Part shown: in pieces, positions 1 through 8,123 of the stretch | How the letters are laid out: every line of letters begins with the position of its first letter | How positions within the stretch are numbered: position 1 is the first letter of the stretch | Assembly (NCBI RefSeq): GCF_040119285.1 | Contig: NZ_JBEDTY010000039.1 | Span: 18,970-82,969 of the forward strand | DNA length: 64,000 nt | Source of the DNA: Alcanivorax sp. | GTDB taxonomy: Bacteria > Pseudomonadota > Gammaproteobacteria > Pseudomonadales > Alcanivoracaceae | Reading direction: 5' to 3' | The notes under the pieces: model-generated | Told to the model about the DNA's origin: nothing | The model's input: the letters and a program-made list of their open reading frames with translations, nothing else | Database searches by the model: none | Translations under genes and position numbers: made by a program

Positions 1-1248
1 ACTCACCGGCAAGGTCATCTCTTTACGCTGCCCACTCGACGCCGCGCCCATATCAATGGTTTCACCGGCATAATTCGACTGGTAGGCCGTAGCCCAAGGG
101 TCCGCGTTTTGCTGTTTCTGTTTATTGCTCTTCTTGATATTGGCCAGGAACGGGTTATTTTCCGTTTCACCCCTCAGCATCGACAGAGAGCCTTGCGCCA
201 CAATCGTTTCGAAAGCCACTTTACCAGACAGGAAGTAATGTACGCCCACTAGCCCAAAGCACAGCTCGATTTCGCCGCTTTCCGGCATGCGCTTGAACGC
301 CCGTTCGGTCAGCCCCCCCCACACCTGCTGCAGGTGGCTAAGCAGCCCTTCATCCAGACTCTTGGGGACAACTAGCTCGCTCTCACCAGGCGCTTTCAGC
401 CAGGCAGCAATGGCTTCCGCCAAGCGAGAAGCGTCAATGTAGCGCCAGCTCTGCGAGGCCTGGGAAGCGTGGGTGCGGTAAATAGGGGGTCGGTCTGCTT
501 GCATATCAAAGACGAATAAATCGTCCTCATCGCTGGCAGTACTGATTTCAATCAACGGTGCCCAAGCGAATGCTGCCTTGTAGATACCGGCCAGCTCCTG
601 CTGACGTAGCTGGTTAGGCTTCGCCGTAGCCAATAATAGACAGCAGGCATAGGCGGACTGAACGCTGCTTTCGACTTCGCCATCCACCACCGGCGAGTCA
701 CTGATCCCATGCTGTTCAGCCAGCAGAAACAGTTGATGCAGCTCCAGCCACAGATGGCGGGGGCTAGGGAAATAGAGTTGGTAGCAGCGCAACAATGTAT
801 CACCCAGGGCCGTTACCGCCCGATGAATCGCAGTCGTCACCGCTCGCCTTACGGCCTTGTCCTTAACTTTGCGAATACCGCGCACCGCCACCAGTTTGTA
901 ACCATTCGCCAAATGCCCCTGCAAGGCTTGGGCAAGGCTGGCCACACGGCGAGCCTTCTCAGGCAGCACCAATGACTGGTTCAAGTAATGTTTTTGCAAC
1001 GACTCACTGACATGGAGAATAGACGGGCGCACAACCTCCAGTAACTGAAGACGGAGTTTGGAATCAATCTGTAGCCGGTTAAGTTCCTGAATAAACTGAT
1101 AGAGCTGGCGAGCCGTTTCCCCCATATTCATGATCGGGAGAGACGCCACCCATTGTTCCAACTTTTTCGGCTGAGCAGCGCCAAGTGTCAGATGCGGCAG
1201 ATCCTGCTCGGGCAGTTTCAGTCGCACCGCCTGGTCTGGTTGCTCCAT
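1..1248 (-). CDS. conserved hypothetical protein, N-terminal 416 codons (3' end lies beyond the window edge)
   Basis: Manual translation of the reverse strand from ATG (complement of 1246-1248) reaches position 1 without a stop: MEQPDQAVRLKLPEQDLPHLTLGAAQPKKLEQWVASLPIMNMGETARQLYQFIQELNRL... It is missing from the ORF track, apparently because the window edge truncates it. No family recognised with confidence. Confidence 0.6.
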   Translation of the reverse strand, partial: MEQPDQAVRLKLPEQDLPHLTLGAAQPKKLEQWVASLPIMNMGETARQLYQFIQELNRLQIDSKLRLQLLEVVRPSILHVSESLQKHYLNQSLVLPEKARRVASLAQALQGHLANGYKLVAVRGIRKVKDKAVRRAVTTAIHRAVTALGDTLLRCYQLYFPSPRHLWLELHQLFLLAEQHGISDSPVVDGEVESSVQSAYACCLLLATAKPNQLRQQELAGIYKAAFAWAPLIEISTASDEDDLFVFDMQADRPPIYRTHASQASQSWRYIDASRLAEAIAAWLKAPGESELVVPKSLDEGLLSHLQQVWGGLTERAFKRMPESGEIELCFGLVGVHYFLSGKVAFETIVAQGSLSMLRGETENNPFLANIKKSNKQKQQNADPWATAYQSNYAGETIDMGAASSGQRKEMTLPVS

Positions 1249-1411
1249 AAAGGCAATCCTTATTTTGGCAGCATCTTGGCTACTTTGTTATTTGGATTAG
1301 TTTTTTTACTTATGTGCCCTAAGTCACATTACCTTACGATACTGTTGCAATTCGGTAAACGCCATGAAGACCTAGACGTACGGTGTTCATTGGCAGGCAG
1401 GCAGCAGGCTA

Positions 1412-2440
1412 CTAGCCCGCTAACACCGTCTTGGCGGGCTCCCCAGGCTCTTCCCGCGTTAGCCTGGGGACCAGGAAACCCGGCAGTCGAGCACGCAAGG
1501 CCGCATGGATTTTCCTGGCAGCTTCATCGGGCACCGCGAAATGCGCCGCGCCTTGCACCGCATCCAGCTGGTGCAGGTAATAAGGCATCACTCCGGCATT
1601 GAACAGTGCATCAGACAGTTCTGCCAGCGTATCGGCCCGGTCATTCACTCCGGCCAGCAGCACGCTCTGGTTGAGCAGGGTGATGCCAGCACTGCGCCAG
1701 TCCCGGCAGCGCTCTGCCAACGCCGGGCCAATTTCGCGGGGATGGTTGGCATGAAGCACCAGCACGGTTTGCCAACGAGGACGCGTTAGCAACGCTTTCA
1801 ACTCCGCGTCCAGTCGCGCCGGGATCACCACCGGTGTTCGACTGTGAATGCGTAGACGGCGTAAATGAGGGATATCCGCCAGAGCATTCAGCAATTGCTC
1901 AAGCCGCTGATTACTCAGCGTCAGAGGATCTCCCCCACTGAGAATCACTTCATTAATATCCGGTCGGGCCGCCAGCCACGCCAGGGCCTGCTTCCAGCGT
2001 TTGCCGCTCAGATGCGTCTGGTAAGGAAAATGGCGCCGAAAACAGTATCGGCAATGCACCGCACAAGCCCCGGTGACCACCAGCAGCGCCCGCCCGTGAT
2101 ATTTGTGCAACAACCCCGGCACCGCCGTATGTTCAGCTTCATCCAGCGGGTCGGCACTGAACCCGGGCTGCTCTACCATCTCATCGGCCACACTCAATAC
2201 CTGACGCAACAGCGGGTCATGAGGGTTGCCCCGCTCCATCAGTGCCACATAGCTGCGCGGTACCCGCAGGGGGAAATCCGTGGCCGCCGCCAACGCCTCC
2301 GGCAGGCTTTGCGCCGGCAGATCAAGCATCGCCAATAGCTCTGCCGGGTCGGTTATCAGATCCGCCTGTTGGCGCTGCCAGCCGGGCAACTCCCAACCGG
2401 ACGCTTCCTGCGTTATCATGAGGGCCTGTTGATGTTTCAT
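1412..2440 (-). CDS. epmB: EF-P beta-lysylation protein EpmB (lysine 2,3-aminomutase-like radical SAM enzyme)
   Basis: 342-aa ORF with radical-SAM cluster motif CAVHCRYCFRR, SGGDPL and YjeK/KamA-like layout. Divergent from efp-epmA. Confidence 0.9.
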   Translation of the reverse strand: MKHQQALMITQEASGWELPGWQRQQADLITDPAELLAMLDLPAQSLPEALAAATDFPLRVPRSYVALMERGNPHDPLLRQVLSVADEMVEQPGFSADPLDEAEHTAVPGLLHKYHGRALLVVTGACAVHCRYCFRRHFPYQTHLSGKRWKQALAWLAARPDINEVILSGGDPLTLSNQRLEQLLNALADIPHLRRLRIHSRTPVVIPARLDAELKALLTRPRWQTVLVLHANHPREIGPALAERCRDWRSAGITLLNQSVLLAGVNDRADTLAELSDALFNAGVMPYYLHQLDAVQGAAHFAVPDEAARKIHAALRARLPGFLVPRLTREEPGEPAKTVLAG

Positions 2441-2731
2441 CTGCGTCTCTGCTGGAGTTCATTTTTCCGCCCGGCAAGGCGGAGTGAGTGCAGCATAGTC
2501 ATGCTTATGTCAGCGACCGATAACACGGCTGGGCGGAAAAGGGACTCCGCCCTTTGGGTTGCACCTGGACGCTCGCCACTCGTCGTTACAATTCGCTCAT
2601 TAGATGCAAGCAAACATCTCTCCCTGTGCCTGGATTGATGAGTGTGCAGGTGCCACTAGAGAGGCAAATGAAACATCAACAGACCCTATCAACCGCTCAA
2701 GTTGCATACATCAACTCTTTGGAAATGTTTT

Positions 2732-3301
2732 ATGGCCAACTATTCTACCAGCGAATTCAAGTCTGGCTTGAAAGTGATGCTCGATGGCGATCCCTGTTCC
2801 ATCATCGAAAACGAATTCGTCAAGCCGGGCAAAGGTCAGGCGTTCAGCCGCGTAAAACTACGCAACCTGCGTAACGGCAAAGTCTGGGAACGTACCTTCA
2901 AGTCCGGTGACTCCTTGGAAGGTGCTGACGTAATGGATGTTTCCATGCAGTACATCTACAACGACGGCGAATTCTGGCACTTCATGGACCAGACTTCCTT
3001 TGAGCAGAAACAGGCGGACGACACCGCGGTTCGCGACGCCAAACAGTGGCTCAAGGAAGAAGATATCTGCGAGGTTACCCTTTACAACGGTGAACCCTTG
3101 TCTGTGAGCCCCCCCAATTTCGTTGAGCTGGAAATCACCGAAACCGACCCGGGCCTCAAAGGCGACACCGCCGGCACCGGCGGAAAACCCGCCACACTGA
3201 GCACCGGCGCAGTGGTACGTGTACCGCTGTTCGTGCAGACCGGTGAAATCGTCAAAGTCGACACCCGTACCGGCGATTACGTGGGCCGCATCAAACAATA
3301 G
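2732..3301 (+). CDS. efp: translation elongation factor P
   Basis: ORF 2702..3301 trimmed to ATG 2732 ([14 protein letters not shown]...), 189 aa. Carries the EF-P loop VKPGKGQAF with Lys34, the beta-lysylation target. Confidence 0.95.
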   Translation: MANYSTSEFKSGLKVMLDGDPCSIIENEFVKPGKGQAFSRVKLRNLRNGKVWERTFKSGDSLEGADVMDVSMQYIYNDGEFWHFMDQTSFEQKQADDTAVRDAKQWLKEEDICEVTLYNGEPLSVSPPNFVELEITETDPGLKGDTAGTGGKPATLSTGAVVRVPLFVQTGEIVKVDTRTGDYVGRIKQ

Positions 3302-3303
3302 CC

Positions 3304-4239
3304 ATGAGCAACTGGCAACCCACGGCCTCGCTGCAGGCCATCAAGGCGCGCGCTGAGCTACTAAGCACAGTGCGCGCCTTTTTTGATGCCCGCCAAGTAC
3401 TGGAAGTGGACACTCCGCAGCTGGCCTGTTACGGCGTCAGCGACCCACACATCCAGTGTATCCCGGTGCCCGGCTACGGTTACCTGCAAAGCTCACCGGA
3501 ATACCATATGAAACGTCTGCTCGCCGCCGGCAGTGGGCCTATATACCAGCTGTGCAAAGCCTTCCGTGAAGGCGAGGCTGGGGGGCGCCATAACCCTGAA
3601 TTCACCATGCTGGAGTGGTACCGACCCGACTTTTCCCTTAACCAACTGATCAGCGAATGCCTGTCGTTATTGGTCGAGCTATTCCCCGGTGCCCCCACCC
3701 AAACCTGGCGCTTTCGCGATCTATTTAAAGCTTCCACAGGGCTGGACCCACTCACCGTCGATGACGCATCGCTCATCGATTACGCCGCATCCCACGGCGC
3801 GCCCAACGACCTGAACAAAACCGCCGCGGTGGACTATCTGATGGCCACTCAGGTGGAAACGGCCCTCCCTGGCGAACAATTGTCTGTGGTGACCGACTTC
3901 CCCGGCTGGGCCGCTGCGCTGGCCCAGACCCATAACGACAAAGACGGCGCCATCGTGGCCAAGCGATTCGAGGTTTATTACCAAGGCCTGGAACTGGCCA
4001 ACGGCTACCAGGAACTCACTGACGCGCAAGAGCAGTCACGACGTTTTCAACGGGACAATGCCCTGCGGCTTGAACAAGGATTGCCCCCCATGGCCCCCGA
4101 CGCTTATTTGCTCGACGCCATGGCATTCGGGCTTCCAGAGTGTAGCGGTGTCGCCGTTGGCATTGAGCGGCTACTCATGGCCCAGCAGCCCCCCCTGGCC
4201 ATCGACCAGGTACTGACGTTCCCCCATCCAAGAGCGTAA
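3304..4239 (+). CDS. epmA: EF-P lysine-lysyltransferase EpmA (PoxA/GenX, truncated class II LysRS paralog)
   Basis: 311 aa with a class II aaRS-like core (PEFTMLEWY, FEVYYQGLELANG, GVAVGIERLLM) and no anticodon-binding domain. Starts 2 nt after the efp stop. Confidence 0.9.
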   Translation: MSNWQPTASLQAIKARAELLSTVRAFFDARQVLEVDTPQLACYGVSDPHIQCIPVPGYGYLQSSPEYHMKRLLAAGSGPIYQLCKAFREGEAGGRHNPEFTMLEWYRPDFSLNQLISECLSLLVELFPGAPTQTWRFRDLFKASTGLDPLTVDDASLIDYAASHGAPNDLNKTAAVDYLMATQVETALPGEQLSVVTDFPGWAAALAQTHNDKDGAIVAKRFEVYYQGLELANGYQELTDAQEQSRRFQRDNALRLEQGLPPMAPDAYLLDAMAFGLPECSGVAVGIERLLMAQQPPLAIDQVLTFPHPRA

Positions 4240-4289
4240 CGTCGCCGTCTCGCTTTTTGCTTAGCCATTGAACCCAACACAAGGAACGC

Positions 4290-4703
4290 TTGGTCATTGT
4301 GATAAAGTGGCCTTCAATGTCCGAACCGGTAAGCACTATGCAACTGTACCTCCTCGTCGCCTGTGATCGCCTTGATGAAAAACAGGAAAAAAAGCTCAAG
4401 CGAAACCTGCCCGATTTGCAATCAGCCCTACAGGCCTATGCGGACGCCAACGAAGGCGTAGCACTGATTAATGAATGTGAGAGCGAGGCCTGCGAAGACT
4501 GGCACCTGGGCATCAGTCAGCCGGTGAAGAAAAAGGCTCAACTCAAGCTTCCGGTGGGCCTTTTCAACGATCTTGCCCGGCAATACAACATTGATTGCGA
4601 AGTGGGCGCCATCGAGAACGAGAACTTTGATCCGGTCAGTTATTTCGGCAAGAACGAAGGGCAGGGAGATGCGTTTTTGATTGGCGAGTACCTGGGCCTG
4701 TAG
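4290..4703 (+). CDS. hypothetical small acidic protein (start uncertain: TTG 4290, ATG 4317 or ATG 4338)
   Basis: 137-aa ORF just downstream of epmA on the same strand. AGGA lies 4 nt before TTG 4290. No TM segment or recognisable motif. Confidence 0.45.
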   Translation: MVIVIKWPSMSEPVSTMQLYLLVACDRLDEKQEKKLKRNLPDLQSALQAYADANEGVALINECESEACEDWHLGISQPVKKKAQLKLPVGLFNDLARQYNIDCEVGAIENENFDPVSYFGKNEGQGDAFLIGEYLGL

Positions 4704-4881
4704 CGGTTCAGCTTTTCCGGTTTTGCTTTACCGTGCCGCCTCAGCTGCACGCCTATCGCAAGATACAGACCCTCCGAAGGCCATAAAAAAAACGCGCCCA
4801 GCGTCTGAGCACGGCCTCTTTTCATTTAGCTCGCACCGCGCCTCCGCCTTGCGGCTGCTAACCTTTACGTGCAACGGCATT

Positions 4882-5799
4882 TCACGCCACCGCCGGCCGC
4901 ACCACGGAATTGGCCCGCCCGGCAGTCTCTGCAATCAATTCACCGATACGGTCAATCACCGATGGTGGCAAGTCATGGCCCATGCCGGGAATAATAACCA
5001 ACTTGGCACCGCGAATAGCGCGGGCAGATGCCCTGCCACCGGCGGGACGAATTAACGGGTCAGCACCGCCATGAATCACCGTAGTCGGGCACTGGATCTG
5101 CTTCAAGGTTTTGCTTAAAGAACCGGTGGCCGTGATCGCCAGAAACTGGTTACGGATACCTCTCGGGTTAATGCCTCGCGCCCAGGCAGCCCGATACATG
5201 GCCGCCAGCTCTTGCTTGCCCTGGGGCAAGGTACCGGCCAGCTTGCTCATCATTTCCAAGCCGAAGGTAACGAACTGCTCTTCGGTTTCCACTTTCACGC
5301 GCGGGGCGATCAAAACTCTCAACGCCGCGGGTTTCGGTGGTGGCAGCAATGAGCTGTTGTTACTGGACATGATCGAGGTAAGGGACAGTACCCGCTCCGG
5401 GTGAGTGGCCGCCATCAACTGGCTGATCATCCCGCCCATGGAGGCACCAATAAAATGCGCCCGCTCAATGCTCAGTGCATCCAGCAGGCCCACCGTATCG
5501 GCGACCATATCGTGCAAGGTGTAAGCGCTCTCCACCGACAGGCCGATTATGCTGCGCAAAATCGCCGACACCGGCCCCTGCTTTATCGGCTGGCGGATGC
5601 GGGTGGATTTACCCACATCCCGGTTATCAAACCGAATCACCCGATAGCCTTTTGCCGCCAACGCATCCAGCAGGGTATCCGGCCAGAACACCATCTGCGC
5701 CGACAGCCCCATGACGAAGACCATGGGCTCCCCGTTTTCCGGGCCACGACTCTCATAAAAAAGCTCGATGCCGTTACTCGCGACCGTGCCTGACTGCAT
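4882..5799 (-). CDS. alpha/beta hydrolase fold protein
   Basis: 305 aa with nucleophile elbow GASMGG (G-x-S-x-G), oxyanion region VFVMGL, and C-terminal GMGHD containing the catalytic His. Confidence 0.85.
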   Translation of the reverse strand: MQSGTVASNGIELFYESRGPENGEPMVFVMGLSAQMVFWPDTLLDALAAKGYRVIRFDNRDVGKSTRIRQPIKQGPVSAILRSIIGLSVESAYTLHDMVADTVGLLDALSIERAHFIGASMGGMISQLMAATHPERVLSLTSIMSSNNSSLLPPPKPAALRVLIAPRVKVETEEQFVTFGLEMMSKLAGTLPQGKQELAAMYRAAWARGINPRGIRNQFLAITATGSLSKTLKQIQCPTTVIHGGADPLIRPAGGRASARAIRGAKLVIIPGMGHDLPPSVIDRIGELIAETAGRANSVVRPAVA

Positions 5800-5938
5800 A
5801 TGCTTACCCTTTATGCTGGCCTGTTCTTGTGGTGCAGTGTCGAAATCGAGTCACTGCCAATGGATCAACATAGAAAAGGGCGCCGCAAACCTCAAGCGCC
5901 AGCATGAGAATTACGCTGCGATTGGCCTATTCGGCGGT

Positions 5939-6559
5939 TTAAACCGTGATTGCCCGCCACAACATGTCAAACAGCACGCCGTGCTGATCTGTCATACGCC
6001 CGGACCGACCACGCAGCAGGTGCATCTGAGCACTACGCAACAACACGCCATAGAAGAAATCCAACAGGATCGGCGTCGTCACCTGATCATTAAGAATGCC
6101 GGCCTCCTGCCCTTCACGAAGCCCGCTTAGAAAAAGCTCGGTGAGCCGTTGCTGCCCCGAGGTGGTATCACTCCCCCAGCGGCCAGGATAAACCGAATTG
6201 ATCATCATACGGCCCATTTGCGGGTTGCGGTCAAAGAAATCCAGCACCACCCAAAACACCTTGCTGAGCCGATCGCGAAATGTATCGATACCGGCAAGAT
6301 GATCCAGCATGCGCTCGGCCAGCTGCTCCAGACCGTGGTGCAAGCAGGCGTTAAGCAGTGCTTCCTTGCTGCCCAGCCTCTCATCCCCGTAATACCGATA
6401 AAGCGTTTGCAAACTGCAGCGGGCCGCCCGGGCTATCTGCTGTAGCGTCACTTGATGGAACGCCGAATCGGCAAAAACCTGCACCGCAGCCCACTCAATA
6501 CGCTCTCTTACCACCGGATCTTGCCGGGACAATGCCAGTGTTCCAGTGCCTTTTTGCAT
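5939..6559 (-). CDS. TetR/AcrR family transcriptional regulator
   Basis: 206 aa with an N-terminal HTH (FHQVTLQQIARAARCSLQTLYRYY). Divergent from the thiolase/fadE cluster. Confidence 0.85.
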   Translation of the reverse strand: MQKGTGTLALSRQDPVVRERIEWAAVQVFADSAFHQVTLQQIARAARCSLQTLYRYYGDERLGSKEALLNACLHHGLEQLAERMLDHLAGIDTFRDRLSKVFWVVLDFFDRNPQMGRMMINSVYPGRWGSDTTSGQQRLTELFLSGLREGQEAGILNDQVTTPILLDFFYGVLLRSAQMHLLRGRSGRMTDQHGVLFDMLWRAITV

Positions 6560-6719
6560 AATCAGGCCCTATATTCTCTCTGATTATTCATTCATCAAGC
6601 CAGACGCCTATCTGTAATCCATCTTACACCCATGTCGGACAGTGTCTCCCCGGCAATTGACTCAACCAGTGCAGCCTTCTACGCTCCACTCACGTTATCA
6701 TCAATGAATGTCACATTAC

Positions 6720-6737
6720 GTGTAAAAATAATTACAC
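6720..6737. promoter_or_regulatory. 18-bp palindrome, candidate TetR operator in front of the thiolase gene
   Basis: GTGTAA-aaataa-TTACAC, 30 nt upstream of ATG 6767, in the divergent TetR/thiolase intergenic region. Confidence 0.3.
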
Positions 6738-6766
6738 CGTGACCGGCACCCTGCAAGGAGTCTGCA

Positions 6767-8068
6767 ATGCCTGTTCGCAAAATGAAGCTGGCTGGCCGTG
6801 GCGGCCGCGTCGCCATCGTCGATGGTCTGCGCACCCCGTTTGCTCGTATCGCCACCCACTACCGGGACCTGAATGCCATTGATCTAGGCGCCATGGCGGT
6901 CAAGGAGCTGATGGCCCGTAATAACCTGAGCCAACAGGAAATTGAGCAGCTGGTGTTCGGGATGACGGTGATGATTCCCGAAGCCCCTTTTATTGCCCGC
7001 GAGATCGCTCTGGCGCTGGGCATGGACACAGTGGATGCCTACTCTATTACCCGTGCCTGTGCCACCAGTTTCCAGACCACCGCCAGCGTGGCGGACAACA
7101 TCGTTGCCGGTTACACCGACATGGCCATTGCCGGTGGCACCGACTCCACCAGCTGCGCCCGAATCCCCTTGTCTGCCGAGCTAAGCGCGGTCCTGCGCGA
7201 TGTGAGCTTCGCTAAAACTCTAAAAGATCGCATCAAGTTGCTTAGCCAGCTCAAAGCCCGCGACCTGCTTCCCCAGGCACCCTCCATTACCGAATATTCG
7301 GTGGGGGAAACCATGGGCGAGAGCACCGAGAAAATGGTGAAAAAATGGGGGGTTAGCCGTCAAGAACAAGACGATCTAGCCCATGCTTCCCACAGCAATG
7401 CAGCCCGCGCCTGGGCCGAAGGCCGTCTGGATCGCCAGGTGATGACTGCCCATTTACCCGATGGCAGCGCCTTAAAAGATGACAACCTGGTGCGCAAACA
7501 ATCCGAACGTGAGAGCTACAGCAAACTCAACCCGGTGTTTGACCGGGAGACCGGTTCCGTTACCGCCGGCAATAGCAGCCCCCTCACCGATGGTGCCGGC
7601 GCCCTGTTGATGATGAGCGAGAAAAAGGCCGCCGCACTGGGTTACACCCCGCTAGGTTATATTCGCTCCTATGCCTTTGCCGCCCGCACGCCCCAGGACG
7701 ACCTATTAATGGGCCCGGTACTGGCCGCCCCCGCCGCCATGACCCGCGCCGGGCTCACCTTGAGCGACCTGACCCTGGTAGACATGCACGAAGCGTTTGC
7801 CGGCCAAGTAGCCTGCAACCTGCGTGGCTTGGCCGATGACGACTATGTACGCAGCCAGACTGGGCTCGCGGCTCTCGGCGAAGTAGATCGCAGCAAGCTC
7901 AACGTCAACGGCGGCTCCATTGCCTACGGCCACCCCTTTGGGGCCACCGGTGCCCGAGTCATCAGCCAGACCTTGCACGAACTGCAACACCGCGGCGGCG
8001 GGCTGGCGTTAACCACTGCCTGTGCCGCCGGCGGTATCGGCGCCGCCATGGTGCTGGAAACCGAATAA
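6767..8068 (+). CDS. acetyl-CoA C-acyltransferase (3-ketoacyl-CoA thiolase)
   Basis: 433 aa with the active-site Cys region TRACATSF and C-terminal thiolase signatures NVNGGSIAYGHPFGATG and ACAAGG. Good SD (AAGGAG) upstream. Confidence 0.9.
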   Translation: MPVRKMKLAGRGGRVAIVDGLRTPFARIATHYRDLNAIDLGAMAVKELMARNNLSQQEIEQLVFGMTVMIPEAPFIAREIALALGMDTVDAYSITRACATSFQTTASVADNIVAGYTDMAIAGGTDSTSCARIPLSAELSAVLRDVSFAKTLKDRIKLLSQLKARDLLPQAPSITEYSVGETMGESTEKMVKKWGVSRQEQDDLAHASHSNAARAWAEGRLDRQVMTAHLPDGSALKDDNLVRKQSERESYSKLNPVFDRETGSVTAGNSSPLTDGAGALLMMSEKKAAALGYTPLGYIRSYAFAARTPQDDLLMGPVLAAPAAMTRAGLTLSDLTLVDMHEAFAGQVACNLRGLADDDYVRSQTGLAALGEVDRSKLNVNGGSIAYGHPFGATGARVISQTLHELQHRGGGLALTTACAAGGIGAAMVLETE

Positions 8069-8123
8069 CCCGCGTTAGCCACATTACTTAGCGCGCCACA
8101 CAACCACCCACAGGAACAGACCC

